From NCBI GenBank assembly GCA_030595925.1, contig JAUVLC010000001.1, positions 1,476 through 65,475 of the forward strand: 64,000 bases of DNA. Direction: 5' to 3'. This DNA is from Clostridia bacterium. GTDB taxonomy: Bacteria > CBDUZB01 > JAGLHV01. A program made the translations under genes and the position numbers. Positions 1 to 11,026 of this stretch are shown here, in pieces. Position 1 is the stretch's first letter. Each line of letters starts with the position of its first letter. The notes below the pieces were generated by a model that saw only the letters and a list, made by a program, of their open reading frames with translations, did not search any database and had not been told where the DNA came from.

Positions 1-114
1 ATCCTCACTGTACCCACCTTCCGACATAGTAAAACAATGTTTTTGGACAATTTTATACAAAACCACCTACACTTTTAATCACCTTTCGAGTCTTTTTTAA
101 AATAAATCCAAAAA

Positions 115-510
115 TTACGGAACGAGATTTTCCATCAACATAATTTTATCTTTTTCACTAATCGAAATAAATTTTACCCCCAATCCATAATCTCCTTTTT
201 CCTTATTATCTTTAGTAATCCACACCACTTTTCCCTTCGCTTTTATTGAATGAGAACTTACAGAAAGAAATATTTCTATAACTAAACAACTTTCTTGTTG
301 AATCAAATGTGATAATAACTTAGCCGGTATATGAACACCATTAATCAAAATTCCATTACCGCTAATGTTAACGCTTTCAGATCTATATCGTTTTGTACGG
401 TTAGCAATTTTATCACAAATCTCAAACTCCACCAAAACATTCAAAGAAACCCTTTTCCCTTTTCTTCGATTCATCCCCCAGGAACAATGATCATTTATTT
501 TCTTTGCCAT
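115..510 (-). CDS. PilZ-domain protein
   Basis: 131 aa; RRxxR...NISxGG-like PilZ pattern (RRKGKRVSLNV...NISGNGILI) ending in a GKVVW...G.GVKF motif. Confidence 0.45.
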   Translation of the reverse strand: MAKKINDHCSWGMNRRKGKRVSLNVLVEFEICDKIANRTKRYRSESVNISGNGILINGVHIPAKLLSHLIQQESCLVIEIFLSVSSHSIKAKGKVVWITKDNKEKGDYGLGVKFISISEKDKIMLMENLVP

Positions 511-684
511 TTTTTCACCCCAGTTTAATCTAAATCAACAACAATCTTACAAAAACAAACCACACAAGGTTTAATCACAGTTAAACTCTACATCACTATT
601 AGACAATATGTCAACTGTCTTCTTTTAAGATAAAAATTACAAAAAAACAAACCACACTATACTTTTAATAAAACTGAAATCCTG

Positions 685-957
685 TTATCCCCCAAACTTA
701 TAAACTTTCCTGATTTTTTCAATTACTTCCCATGTACACTTAAGTCCTTTAGGAAACACAACTAAATCCCCTTTATTAATTTCAACATCCCCCTCAGAAG
801 TTTTTACCTTTACCTTCCCCTCTAATATATAACATGTTTCATCATCACTATACTCCCAATCAAACGTACTGGGTACACATTCCCACGGACTCCAACTATT
901 TATACCCAACAAATCTATTTCTTCCCTATTTGGTTTCTTTTTTTTGATTTGACACAT
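685..957 (-). CDS. small cupin-fold protein (DUF861-like)
   Basis: 90 aa; cupin-like beta-barrel signature (YILEGKVKV...GDLVVFPKG); N-terminal start uncertain. Confidence 0.35.
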   Translation of the reverse strand: MCQIKKKKPNREEIDLLGINSWSPWECVPSTFDWEYSDDETCYILEGKVKVKTSEGDVEINKGDLVVFPKGLKCTWEVIEKIRKVYKFGG

Positions 958-1208
958 TTTCCTTTCCTCCTAAAAATGAAACAAATGAAGTCCACGTTTA
1001 CTTAAGCTGTAATAGCACATAAAAAAACACTGTAGTAAAAATTAAAAATGTACAGGCAAAAACAAAAGTTAAAAATTTTTTTAAAAAATAAATTGAAAAA
1101 CGAAGAATAATAATTCCTATACAAATTAAAATTATTAATTTTAAACTCATTTTAATTCCTCAATTCATTTATTTTTAGCTATCATTCCACTAAGTCTACT
1201 CGAAAGTA

Positions 1209-1281
1209 TGCCCCTAGCAGGATTCGAACCTGCGCTCCTGGCTTCGGAGGCCAGTACTCTATCCAACTGAGCTATAGGGGC
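1209..1281 (-). tRNA. tRNA-Arg (anticodon CCG)
   Basis: Reverse complement folds as a cloverleaf: acceptor GCCCCTA/TAGGGGC, D-arm AGCTCAGTTGGATAGAGT, anticodon stem CTGGC/GCCAG with loop CTCCGAA, T-arm GGTTCGAATCC; 73 nt, no encoded CCA. Confidence 0.8.
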
Positions 1282-1301
1282 TAATAATTTCAAATTTTTC
1301 T

Positions 1302-3986
1302 TTATTTAGTATTTTCTCTTATTATTTCCTCAACCTGAGCTAACGATTCTTCAAGTTTTTCTTTGTTTTTTCCGCCCCCCTGTGCTAAATTCGCCCGTCC
1401 CCCACCCGATCCATCAACAATCTCTGTTAGTTTTTTTATTATTTTCCCGGCATGTAATCCTTTTTTAACTTCACTATCAGCCACCATACAAATTAAAAAA
1501 GGTTTATTATCAATTATACTACCTAAAACAATTACCCCTTTTTTTAATTTATCCATTAATCTATCGCCATAATTTCTCAAATCTCTGCTATCAGCTGCCT
1601 CTATTTTATGGCTCAACACATTTATTCCAGCAATTTTTCTAACCTCATTTTTCACCAAATCTACAGACTGAAAATTAAATACCTCCCCTCTCATTCGCGA
1701 AAGTTCTTTTTTCTGTTCTTCACTAGTTTTAATAATCTTTTCTATTTGCATTTCAACAAGGTTAACAGGGACTTTTAATACATTGGCAATATTTAGCAAA
1801 TCTTTTTCTTCTTTTTTAACAAACTGATATGCTGCCTCCCCTGTTAATACTTCAATTCTTCGTACTCCGGAAGAAATACTTGTTTCGTTAATTATCTTAA
1901 ATAATCCTATTTCACCGGTTGCACAACAATGGGTTCCACCACATAATTCAATACTTACTGCATCTTCCGGGGCATCCCATCCTTCAGAACTAATCATAAC
2001 TACCCTGACTTTTTCACCGTATTTTTCTCCAAAATGAGCCATTGCCTGCATTTGCTTTGCCTCATCCAGACTAATTTCCGAAATAAGAACAGTCAAATTT
2101 TTTCTAATCATCTTATTTACTAATTCTTCTGTTTTTTCTATTTGCTCCGGTAATAAACCTGAAAAATGAGTAAAATCAAAACGAAACCGGTCACACTCTA
2201 CCAGAGAACCTGATTGTTTTACATGCACACCTACAATCTGCCTTAACGCAGCCTGTAACAAATGTGTTGCCGTATGACTTCTACTAATTGAACTTCTTCT
2301 TTCCGTATCAATAAAAGCATCAACAGTATCCCCTTTTCTAAATTTTCCTTTTAAAACTTTCACTTTATGAATAACTAATTTACCAAACATTTTTTCAGCA
2401 TTCAAAACACTCATTTCCGCCTCAATTTTTTTACCGTTTTCGCTTTTTATTTCTTTCAATATTTTCCCTTTATCTCCTACCTGTCCTCCTGATTCTCCAT
2501 AAAAAGGAGTTTCGGACAAAATAATTTGAACAACATCACCTTTTTTAATTTCGTCGATAATTTTATTGTTTTCTCCAATAATCATATCAATCTTTGCTAA
2601 CAGTTTATTAAAGAAATAACCCCTGAATATCGTATCTCCAACTTCTTTATGTATTTTGTCATAAAATGTTTTTTCTCTTTCATTAAATCCTTTCCATGAT
2701 TTGCTGGCAGTTTTTTGTTGTTTTTCCATTTGATTTTTAAACCCCTCCTCATCAATACCAATTTTTTTCTCCTCGGCAATCTCCCTGGTTAAATCCAGAG
2801 GAAAACCATAAGTATCATATAATTTAAATACTTCTTTACCCGGTATTCTTTTCTTACCCTTTTTTCCTAAATCTACAATCAAATTCGCAAGCATCTCATA
2901 TCCTTTATCCAGTGTCTCTTTAAATCTTTCCTCTTCCATTTTACAAATTTCACGAATATAATTTTTTTTTGTAACAAGAGCAGGATAAAAAGAACCCATT
3001 ACTTCCACAACTTTATCGCTAAGTTTATATAAAAAAGATTGCTGTATTCCTAATAATTTACCTTCTTTGGCTGCCCTGCGCAAAATACGCCGTAGAACAT
3101 ATCCCCTCTCTTCATTCGCAGGCAAAATTCCGTCATTTATTAAAAACACTATTCCTCTTATGTGGTCAGTAATAATCCGAAGAGAAATATTATCACGTTT
3201 GTTTTCATTATAAGAAACTCCTGCCAACTTACAAACTTCATCCATAATTGGTTTCAAAAGATCCGATTCAAAAACAGTGGGAACATTCTGTACCACTGCT
3301 GACAATCTTTCTAACCCCATACCGGTATCAATATTTTTTTGCGGCAATGGTTTTAATGTTCCGTTACTACTTTTTTCAAATTGGGTAAAAACCAAATTCC
3401 ATATTTCTAAATATCGATCACAATCACAACCAGGGGCACAACCCGGTTTTCCACAACTATATTCTTTTCCTCTGTCTATTAAAATTTCCGAACAAGGACC
3501 ACATGGACCGGTTTCCGCCATTTGCCAAAAATTAGATTCTTTACCCAAACGCACAATCCTTTCTTCCGGTAAAAATTTTCTCCAAATCTGATATGATTCA
3601 TCATCTTCATTATACACAGACGCATAAAGCTTAGCTTTTTCTAAATCCATTTTATCGGTCAAAAATTCCCATGCCCAAGAAATGGCCTCTTCTTTGAAAT
3701 AATCTCCAAAAGAAAAATTACCAAACATTTCAAAAAAAGTATGATGCCGATTTGTATAGCCCACGTTCTCAATATCGCTTGTTCTAAAACAACACTGCAG
3801 AGAAGCTGCTTTGGACGATTCAGGTTTAGTTTTACCTAAAAAAATATCCTTAAAGGGAACCATTCCGGCACTTGTAAAAAGAAGGCTGGGATCATTTCCC
3901 GGAATAAGAGAACTACTCGGATAAATCTTATGTTTTCTTTTTTTAAAAAAACTTAAAAATTTTTCTCTGATTTCACTGCTCTTCAT
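1302..3986 (-). CDS. alaS: alanine--tRNA ligase
   Basis: Class II motifs (FTSAGMVPFK), editing domain, C-terminal DHHA1 with GGGRANLAQGGG; ORF track extends to 4022 but the RBS-supported start is MKSSEIREKF (GGGGGAAG upstream). Confidence 0.9.
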   Translation of the reverse strand: MKSSEIREKFLSFFKKRKHKIYPSSSLIPGNDPSLLFTSAGMVPFKDIFLGKTKPESSKAASLQCCFRTSDIENVGYTNRHHTFFEMFGNFSFGDYFKEEAISWAWEFLTDKMDLEKAKLYASVYNEDDESYQIWRKFLPEERIVRLGKESNFWQMAETGPCGPCSEILIDRGKEYSCGKPGCAPGCDCDRYLEIWNLVFTQFEKSSNGTLKPLPQKNIDTGMGLERLSAVVQNVPTVFESDLLKPIMDEVCKLAGVSYNENKRDNISLRIITDHIRGIVFLINDGILPANEERGYVLRRILRRAAKEGKLLGIQQSFLYKLSDKVVEVMGSFYPALVTKKNYIREICKMEEERFKETLDKGYEMLANLIVDLGKKGKKRIPGKEVFKLYDTYGFPLDLTREIAEEKKIGIDEEGFKNQMEKQQKTASKSWKGFNEREKTFYDKIHKEVGDTIFRGYFFNKLLAKIDMIIGENNKIIDEIKKGDVVQIILSETPFYGESGGQVGDKGKILKEIKSENGKKIEAEMSVLNAEKMFGKLVIHKVKVLKGKFRKGDTVDAFIDTERRSSISRSHTATHLLQAALRQIVGVHVKQSGSLVECDRFRFDFTHFSGLLPEQIEKTEELVNKMIRKNLTVLISEISLDEAKQMQAMAHFGEKYGEKVRVVMISSEGWDAPEDAVSIELCGGTHCCATGEIGLFKIINETSISSGVRRIEVLTGEAAYQFVKKEEKDLLNIANVLKVPVNLVEMQIEKIIKTSEEQKKELSRMRGEVFNFQSVDLVKNEVRKIAGINVLSHKIEAADSRDLRNYGDRLMDKLKKGVIVLGSIIDNKPFLICMVADSEVKKGLHAGKIIKKLTEIVDGSGGGRANLAQGGGKNKEKLEESLAQVEEIIRENTK

Positions 3987-4018
3987 TACTTCCCCCAACA
4001 CAGTATTAGTTTTTATTT

Positions 4019-4900
4019 TCAAACTACATTTTGTATCTGTTCTTTTAATTTTTCCAATTCACTTTTAATTTGAATCACTTCACAGGAAATTTCATAATTA
4101 TTTACTTTTGCCCCGATAGTATTTATTTCCCGGCTCATCTCCTGAATTATAAAATCCATTTTTTTTCCTACCTCACTTCCGTTTTTAAATGTTTTTACAA
4201 ACTGTCCGAGGTGACTCTTAAACCGGACAACTTCTTCGGTAACCTCCATCCGTTCTGCAATAATAGAATTTAATAAAAAAGTTTTTTCATTACTTTTTTG
4301 AGTACCTTTTAAAAAATTCTGGAGTTTATCCCTCCACAATTTGTTTTCATATTTTTTAACTGCTTTCGGTAATTGAAGTTTAATTTTAGAAAAACAGGAA
4401 TTAATTTTCTTAACCCGTTTAGTAAAATCAACACCTATAATCTTCCCTTCATTTTTACGCATACGCTCTAATTGTACCAAAGCCTGATAAAGAACATTTT
4501 TAATATCCTTAAGAAGTTTTTTTGTGTTTATTTTTGTTTTTTTTATTTTTAAAATACCAGGCAAACTCATAAAAAAATCTAATTTAAACTCGTCCTTCCT
4601 GTTTAACATTACGGATAATTTTTCTCCTGCTTTTCTGTAACTATAAACCATATCTTCATCTATTTCTACTTCACTACTATCAACAGAATCCCCATAAGTT
4701 CCTTCAGTCAGATTTACAAAAACATCGATTTTACCCCTTTTTATTTTACATTTTACAATTTTTTTAATCTCTTCTTCAAAAAAAAATAAAAACGGGGGTA
4801 ATTTTACATTCACTTCACAAAAACGGCGGTTTAATGCCCGTATTTCTACTCTACAATTTCCATTTTTCCCCTGACCATAGCCAGTCATACTTTTTAGCAT
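4019..4900 (-). CDS. YicC/YloC family stress-induced protein
   Basis: N-terminal MLKSMTGYGQGK hallmark of the YicC family; RBS AAAGGA supports Met6 as the start. Confidence 0.75.
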   Translation of the reverse strand: MLKSMTGYGQGKNGNCRVEIRALNRRFCEVNVKLPPFLFFFEEEIKKIVKCKIKRGKIDVFVNLTEGTYGDSVDSSEVEIDEDMVYSYRKAGEKLSVMLNRKDEFKLDFFMSLPGILKIKKTKINTKKLLKDIKNVLYQALVQLERMRKNEGKIIGVDFTKRVKKINSCFSKIKLQLPKAVKKYENKLWRDKLQNFLKGTQKSNEKTFLLNSIIAERMEVTEEVVRFKSHLGQFVKTFKNGSEVGKKMDFIIQEMSREINTIGAKVNNYEISCEVIQIKSELEKLKEQIQNVV

Positions 4901-5002
4901 ATTTTTTCCTTTCATTTTAATATTTTCAGCCAGAGGCTTAAACCAATTCTAATCATCTAACAATCTGTCTGTCAACGGTAAACCGTCAACTGTTTTCTGT
5001 TT

Positions 5003-5890
5003 TTATCCACGAGGATGATATTTCTTGTGTAAAATTTTCAGTTTTTCCCTGGTAATATGAGTATAAATCTGAGTAGTAGAAATATCAGAATGGCCTAACA
5101 TTTCCTGAACAAAACGTAAATCCGCACCACGCTCCAATAGATGTGTCGCAAAAGAATGCCTCAATGTATGAGGACTCACCGTCTTATAAATACCGGCTTT
5201 TTTCATATATTTCTTCACTATCTTCCAAAAACCCGTCCGAGAAAACTTTTTTCCTCTCTGACTTAAAAACAAAATTTTTTTATCAGATTTTTTTTCATTC
5301 CGCACTTTTTCCAAATAAACATTAACGGCATTTTTTGCTTTTTTACCTACCGGAATTATTCTTTCTTTATTACCTTTTCCCAAACATTTAACATATTCCA
5401 TCTTTAAATTAATATCCGATAATTTTAAATTAATTATTTCCGAAACCCTCATTCCCGTAGCATACAACAATTCTAACATTGCCCTATCACGCAATTTATT
5501 ATTGGATTTTTCAGCATCATTCTTCAAATAATCAAGTAACTTTTCAATTTCTTTAATACTCAAAACGTTTGGGAGGCTAAAACCGCTTTTTGGTGTTTTT
5601 AAATTAACAGTAGGATCTGTTTTTGCATATCCCTCCGTAATCAAGAAACGGTGAAACATTTTCACGGAAATTAAAAATCTCCCTAAAGAAGAAACTTTTA
5701 TTCCCTCTTTTTTCCTCGATTCCAAATAAAATAATATCTCTTTATAGGTTAAAGAAAAAAGAGAACATTTTCTTTTTTCTAAATAGTTAAGATAAGCACT
5801 TAAATCAGATAAATAAGCATCTTGAGAATTTTTAGAAAGTCCTTTTTCAAACGCTATGTAATTAATAAACTCTTCTAAAATTTTTTTCAT
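5003..5890 (-). CDS. tyrosine recombinase, XerC/XerD family
   Basis: 295 aa; catalytic region ...GMRVSE...HTLRHSFATHLLERGADLRFVQEMLGHSDISTTQIYTH (R-H-R-Y family); N-terminal SAM-like domain; core-genome context. Confidence 0.8.
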   Translation of the reverse strand: MKKILEEFINYIAFEKGLSKNSQDAYLSDLSAYLNYLEKRKCSLFSLTYKEILFYLESRKKEGIKVSSLGRFLISVKMFHRFLITEGYAKTDPTVNLKTPKSGFSLPNVLSIKEIEKLLDYLKNDAEKSNNKLRDRAMLELLYATGMRVSEIINLKLSDINLKMEYVKCLGKGNKERIIPVGKKAKNAVNVYLEKVRNEKKSDKKILFLSQRGKKFSRTGFWKIVKKYMKKAGIYKTVSPHTLRHSFATHLLERGADLRFVQEMLGHSDISTTQIYTHITREKLKILHKKYHPRG

Positions 5891-6519
5891 TTTTCTATTA
5901 TTTCGCGTAATAATAAATTATTCTTTTTCTCTTCACCTAATGAAGAAAACGGCCCATGTCCGGGAAGAATAGTTAGATTATTATCTAATACCAACAGTTT
6001 TTTCTTAAGTGAATTTTTCAATGCTTCCCTGTCCCCTCCCGGAAGATCATATCTGCCAATAGAATTCTTAAACAGGGTATCTCCGGTAAAAAGAACATCC
6101 TGGCCTAAGAGACAAATCCCTCCCGGAGTATGCCCGGGAGTATGAATTACTTTTAATTTTTGCATACCAAATTTTATTATTTCATTGTCTACCAACCTTC
6201 TATCTATCTTAAAAGAAACAAACATTTCCTGTTTGCTAAAAGAAAGGTCATATTTCCCCATCTCCATCATATCCGCGTCTTCCTGATGAACTAAAATTTT
6301 TGCACCCGTTGAACGTTTTACTTCTCTATTAGCTCCCGTATGATCTAAATGTACATGAGTATTTATAATATATAATATTTTAAAAGATTCTCCCTGAATA
6401 AGATCTATTATTTTCTCCGACTCATCCCCGGGATCAATAACCACACCCATTCCCGTTTCATCACAAACAAATATATAACAATTAGCCTGTAATTGTCCGA
6501 CCGTTAATAATCTAAGCAT
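5887..6519 (-). CDS. MBL-fold metallo-hydrolase (glyoxalase II-like)
   Basis: INTHVHLDHTG (HxHxDH) zinc motif; 210 aa; 4-nt overlap with the downstream recombinase gene. Confidence 0.7.
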   Translation of the reverse strand: MLRLLTVGQLQANCYIFVCDETGMGVVIDPGDESEKIIDLIQGESFKILYIINTHVHLDHTGANREVKRSTGAKILVHQEDADMMEMGKYDLSFSKQEMFVSFKIDRRLVDNEIIKFGMQKLKVIHTPGHTPGGICLLGQDVLFTGDTLFKNSIGRYDLPGGDREALKNSLKKKLLVLDNNLTILPGHGPFSSLGEEKKNNLLLREIIEK

Positions 6520-6538
6520 TTTTTACCTCTTTTTTTAA

Positions 6539-7540
6539 TCATTTTTTACTTTGATTATGTTTATCCAACAATTCTTTTTCTACTTCATCCCTTACCTTAA
6601 AGTTTTGTTTTAAAAACCTTTTTGCATTCTCTTTCCCCTGTCCCAATCGCTCACTCTTATAAGAAAACCATGTTCCTCCTTTATTAATAACTCCGTATTC
6701 AACACCCAAATCTAAAATACATCCTTCATGGGAAATACCATGATCATAATCCATATCAAATTCTACCTGACGAAAAGGCGGTGCAACTTTATTTTTTACC
6801 ACTTTCACCCGTATTCGCGCACCCACTATTTGACTATCATCTTTCAATTGGCCGATTCTGCGAATATCCAATCGTACAGAAGAATAAAATTTAAGAGCTC
6901 TCCCGCCGGTTGTTGTCTCCGGATTACCAAATATAACCCCAATTTTTTGTCTTAATTGATTAATAAAAATAAGACAGGTTTTAGATTTGGAAATAACAGC
7001 AGTCAATTTCCTTAATGCCTGAGACATTAACCTTGCCTGTAAACCCATATGAGCATCACCCATATCACCTTCAATTTCTGCCCGCGGAACCAAAGCAGCA
7101 ACCGAATCAATTACAATTACATCTATTGCCCCACTCCGTATTAAAGTTTCTGCAATTTCCAAACCTTGTTCTCCATTATCAGGCTGAGAAATTAAAAGAT
7201 TGTTAATATCCACACCTAACTTTTTGGCATACAGAGGATCCAATGCATGTTCTGCATCAATAAAAGCTGCTATTCCTCCTTTTTTTTGCGCATTAGATAT
7301 TATATGTAAAGAAAGAGTTGTTTTTCCTGAAGATTCCGGACCAAAAATCTCTATTATTCTACCACGGGGAACCCCTCCTACTCCAATGGCAAAGTCTAAT
7401 GACAAAGAACCTGTAGATATAGATTCTATTCCTTTTGTATAACCTTCTTCTCCTAATTTCATTATAGAACCTTTACCGTAAGATTTTTCTATTTGGGTTA
7501 CTGCCAAACTTAAAGCTTTTTCTCTATCTGTTTGTGCCAC
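6539..7540 (-). CDS. recA: recombinase RecA
   Basis: 333 aa; N-terminal [23 protein letters not shown], Walker [11 protein letters not shown]1/L2 regions typical of RecA. Confidence 0.95.
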   Translation of the reverse strand: MAQTDREKALSLAVTQIEKSYGKGSIMKLGEEGYTKGIESISTGSLSLDFAIGVGGVPRGRIIEIFGPESSGKTTLSLHIISNAQKKGGIAAFIDAEHALDPLYAKKLGVDINNLLISQPDNGEQGLEIAETLIRSGAIDVIVIDSVAALVPRAEIEGDMGDAHMGLQARLMSQALRKLTAVISKSKTCLIFINQLRQKIGVIFGNPETTTGGRALKFYSSVRLDIRRIGQLKDDSQIVGARIRVKVVKNKVAPPFRQVEFDMDYDHGISHEGCILDLGVEYGVINKGGTWFSYKSERLGQGKENAKRFLKQNFKVRDEVEKELLDKHNQSKK

Positions 7541-7574
7541 TTTTTAACCTCCTATTTTAAACTTTATTTAAAAA

Positions 7575-8198
7575 CTAATTTGTATCTTTAAAAATCTCTT
7601 TGTTTTTTATAACATAAATAACTCCTGAAAAAAGAGTTATACATGTTGTAACAAACATTAAATAATAAGGGATTTTTTTCAAACATAATCCTAAATAATA
7701 TTTACTTAAACTTCCGGAATAAAACAAAACCACTTTTGTACTCCCCAATTCATTTATCCACGCATTCACAATCAAAATTAATAAGACAACAATAATCGTT
7801 GTTATCTGAAATGTTGTCTTAAATTTACCACTTTTAGATGCATCAATAATTTTTCCCTGGACTGCAGCTAAAGTCCGCAAACCGGTTATACTAAATTCCC
7901 TGCTAATAACACAAACCACCATCCATGCAGGTATTTGTAACTCTTCCAGTCCTACAAATGAAATAAAAGCCGCTGAAACCAAAAGTTTATCAGCTAACGG
8001 ATCCATAAACTTACCAAAATTAGAAACACAATTATACCGCCGGGCAATACGGCCATCAAACAAATCAGTAAGAGCTGCCACGATAAAAACAACTAGGGCA
8101 ATAACCCGGGTATAAAAATTATCATAAAACATATACATCATAAATAAAGGAACCAAAACAATTCTGGTAAGGGTCAATTTATTAGCTAAATTCATCAT
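7575..8198 (-). CDS. pgsA: CDP-diacylglycerol--glycerol-3-phosphate 3-phosphatidyltransferase
   Basis: CDP-alcohol phosphatidyltransferase motif DLFDGRIARR...G.F.DPLADKLLV; start trimmed to MNLANKLTLTRI to avoid a 50-nt overlap with rimO. Confidence 0.7.
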   Translation of the reverse strand: MMNLANKLTLTRIVLVPLFMMYMFYDNFYTRVIALVVFIVAALTDLFDGRIARRYNCVSNFGKFMDPLADKLLVSAAFISFVGLEELQIPAWMVVCVISREFSITGLRTLAAVQGKIIDASKSGKFKTTFQITTIIVVLLILIVNAWINELGSTKVVLFYSGSLSKYYLGLCLKKIPYYLMFVTTCITLFSGVIYVIKNKEIFKDTN

Positions 8199-8232
8199 TT
8201 TAATCCTGCTAAAAACTTTTTTTATCAAATCA

Positions 8233-9576
8233 CTAATGGACGCTATTTTTTTCAATACAAATTCCTTCCAGATCATAAACATCCGATCCTGTTATTTTAA
8301 CCTGAACAAAATCACCTATTTTTTTTGCCTCTTTTGAATAAACATACACAGACCGATCTATTTGAAAAGCATCTTCCTGCAACCTTGCTTTCAAATATTT
8401 CTTTCTCCCGCATTTCCCTTCAATAACTGCTTCCTTTATTTTACCCAATTCTTCTTTGTTTTTTTCATAAATAATTTTCTGTTGAAGAGTCATTAATCGT
8501 TTTTGCCGGTATTTTTTATCTTTTTCAGGGACTTGCGATTTCAACAAAAAAGCCTTTGTTCCTTTTTCACGTGAATAGATAAAAGACCCCACCTTTTCAA
8601 ATTTAATTTTTTTAATAAAGTCTAAAAGTTCGTTAAATTCTTCCTTTGTTTCTCGTGGAAAACCATTGATAAATACAGTCCGCAAAGAAAGATTAGGTAT
8701 CTTCGACCGTAAATAGCAAATTAAATTTACAATATCCTTTTTGTTATAATGTCTGTTCATTAAAAATAAAATTTTATTATTTATATGCTGTAGGGGCAAA
8801 TCAATATAGTTACATATCTTTTTATATCTTGCCATTGTATTAACCAATTCAACATTTATATGACTGGGATAAGAATATAGTACTCGAATCCATTTTATCT
8901 TTTTTATCTTAACTAATTCTTTCAAAAGCATAGACAACCTAAACTCTCCATATAAATCCATCCCATAAAAAGTCGTATCCTGTGCAATAAGATTTATTTC
9001 CTTTACCCCTTTCTCAGATAAAATTTTTGCCTCTTCTAAAATAGAAGACATCGGCCTTGATTTATATTCCCCCCTTAAAGAAGGAATCAAGCAATAACTA
9101 CAACGATTATTACACCCTTCTGCTATTTTTATATAAGCCATATAAAAAGGGGTAGAAATATAACGGGGAGTTTTAGCATCATAGAGACAACCAGGCAAAT
9201 TAACATAAAGTTTTTTCTTCGCCTTCCCTCCCACTATTTGCAATATTCTAAAAATTTCTCCTGTTCCTATAAAACAATCTACTTCCGGCAACTGTTTAAT
9301 CAACCTATCTTTATACTGCTGAACCAAACAACCTGCCACAATCAAAAACTTACACTTTCCTTTTTTTTTATACCTGCCTAATTCTAAAATAGTATTAATA
9401 GATTCTTCTTTAGCCATTTGTATAAAACTACAGGTATTAACAATTAAAACATCTGCTTTATCGAATTTTTCCTCAGAAACAAAGTTATATCCTTCTTTTA
9501 TTAATAAACCGGTTATAATTTCGCTATCCACCAAATTCTTAGGACACCCCAAACTAATTATTCCAACATTTTTCAT
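8233..9576 (-). CDS. rimO: ribosomal protein S12 methylthiotransferase RimO (MiaB-family radical SAM)
   Basis: N-terminal MTTase domain with LGCPKNLVDSE, radical-SAM CNNRCSYC, C-terminal TRAM domain; 447 aa. Confidence 0.7.
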   Translation of the reverse strand: MKNVGIISLGCPKNLVDSEIITGLLIKEGYNFVSEEKFDKADVLIVNTCSFIQMAKEESINTILELGRYKKKGKCKFLIVAGCLVQQYKDRLIKQLPEVDCFIGTGEIFRILQIVGGKAKKKLYVNLPGCLYDAKTPRYISTPFYMAYIKIAEGCNNRCSYCLIPSLRGEYKSRPMSSILEEAKILSEKGVKEINLIAQDTTFYGMDLYGEFRLSMLLKELVKIKKIKWIRVLYSYPSHINVELVNTMARYKKICNYIDLPLQHINNKILFLMNRHYNKKDIVNLICYLRSKIPNLSLRTVFINGFPRETKEEFNELLDFIKKIKFEKVGSFIYSREKGTKAFLLKSQVPEKDKKYRQKRLMTLQQKIIYEKNKEELGKIKEAVIEGKCGRKKYLKARLQEDAFQIDRSVYVYSKEAKKIGDFVQVKITGSDVYDLEGICIEKNSVH

Positions 9577-10298
9577 TCCGGTTCCTTTTCTAAAAATATT
9601 TCATTAACTTCCCCTCTTTGTCCGGAAGTAATATCAATAAAATCTCCATTAAATTTTACCTTTACTCCAAATATATTGCCGATTCTTACCCTGAAATTTT
9701 TTTTTGCTTCTAAAAACATTACCTCATCCTTTTTGATTAACCCTTCATAAGCTAATTCTCCATCTGCTGTCACTCTTAACCATGTAGACTTTTCCCCTTT
9801 AATTTCCAAATATACTTCTTTCGATATTTTAATTTCCGGCGGGACAACAACAGGTACTTCCCGATAAATACTTTCCCCAACAACATCCTTTTTATTGGAT
9901 TCCGGTTTACTCCCAAAAAGCGAAAAAAACAACAGTGCTACTCCTAAACTCACCCCTATGATTATACCTGTTTTATTAACAAATAAATTACTATTTTTAG
10001 CTTTTGTGCCTTTAACTAAATTTTCCCGGGTTTTATTTAAATGATCCTTTTCCTGATGAGTTTGCCAATAATTTTTTACCACATCATTCTCATCTAACCC
10101 TAAATATTTACTATAACTACTAAGAAAACCCGTAACATATATTTCAGCGGGAAAAATTTCATAATTTTCCTCTTCCAAAGCCCTTATATATTTTTCTCTT
10201 ATTTTTATTTCCTGTTCTATATCGGTAAAAGAAAGTTTCTTCTCCTCCCGTATCTCCCGTAAACGAACACCATTAAATTCTTCCATATTTCCCTCCAT
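9573..10298 (-). CDS. RodZ-like helix-turn-helix cytoskeletal protein
   Basis: N-terminal HTH (GVRLREIREEKKLSFTDIEQEIKIREKYIRALE), a single TM segment, C-terminal DUF4115-like domain. Confidence 0.55.
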   Translation of the reverse strand: MEGNMEEFNGVRLREIREEKKLSFTDIEQEIKIREKYIRALEEENYEIFPAEIYVTGFLSSYSKYLGLDENDVVKNYWQTHQEKDHLNKTRENLVKGTKAKNSNLFVNKTGIIIGVSLGVALLFFSLFGSKPESNKKDVVGESIYREVPVVVPPEIKISKEVYLEIKGEKSTWLRVTADGELAYEGLIKKDEVMFLEAKKNFRVRIGNIFGVKVKFNGDFIDITSGQRGEVNEIFLEKEPE

Positions 10299-10315
10299 AA
10301 AAAAATCGAATTTAT

Positions 10316-11026
10316 TTAATTTTCAAAGACAGACACACCCTGGGGTATTTTAAATTTAAACAATTTTTGTTTTATTTTAGTATTAATTCTTAAATCCAAA
10401 ATACTCGAAACAATTATCATTTCAGTTGTCTCTACTATTATTTCCACCGGTAACCACATAAAGGACGAAATCTTTAAAGTTACAGTAAAGTCATCAACTT
10501 CGGAAGAAGCTATTTTTAACAAATAACAATCATTTTCTTTTTTAAATAATATTACATCCCCTGTTTCTACCAAATTTATTATAGATTTCCCAAAACCCAA
10601 ACCCAAAAATTCCCCACCCAACCCTACTCGAAATTTATCACTTTCTACATTCTCTATATTAACCTGATTATATTCGGGCAAATAAATCCATAATTTTTCC
10701 CCATCACAAACAATCTTTTGTGAAGTATGATTTTTACTGTTTATATATAGTTTCCGGGGTTTTTGAAAAGCAACTTTTCCTTTTGTTTTAAAATACTCTT
10801 CTGTTAATTTCACCTTTACTTGCTGACTAAAATTAAATCTAATACTTGAAATTTCATTTTCTTTAATCTCTATACGTTTTAAAACATCTTTCAAAGATAA
10901 ATTCGTTCCTTCTGCAAATAAAACAGCCCTTATTCCAAAAATAATAACCCACAAAACTAAAAATTTCTGTAAAGGAAAAAATGGCCTTAAAAAATTAAAT
11001 ATTTTCATTTTTTTATAATCTCTCAC
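10316..11026 (-). CDS. LolA-like outer-membrane lipoprotein carrier family protein
   Basis: Signal peptide plus LolA-like pattern (F.QQV...G.V.FQKP.K......Q.IVCDGEKLWIY.PE); moderate. Confidence 0.4.
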   Translation of the reverse strand: MRDYKKMKIFNFLRPFFPLQKFLVLWVIIFGIRAVLFAEGTNLSLKDVLKRIEIKENEISSIRFNFSQQVKVKLTEEYFKTKGKVAFQKPRKLYINSKNHTSQKIVCDGEKLWIYLPEYNQVNIENVESDKFRVGLGGEFLGLGFGKSIINLVETGDVILFKKENDCYLLKIASSEVDDFTVTLKISSFMWLPVEIIVETTEMIIVSSILDLRINTKIKQKLFKFKIPQGVSVFEN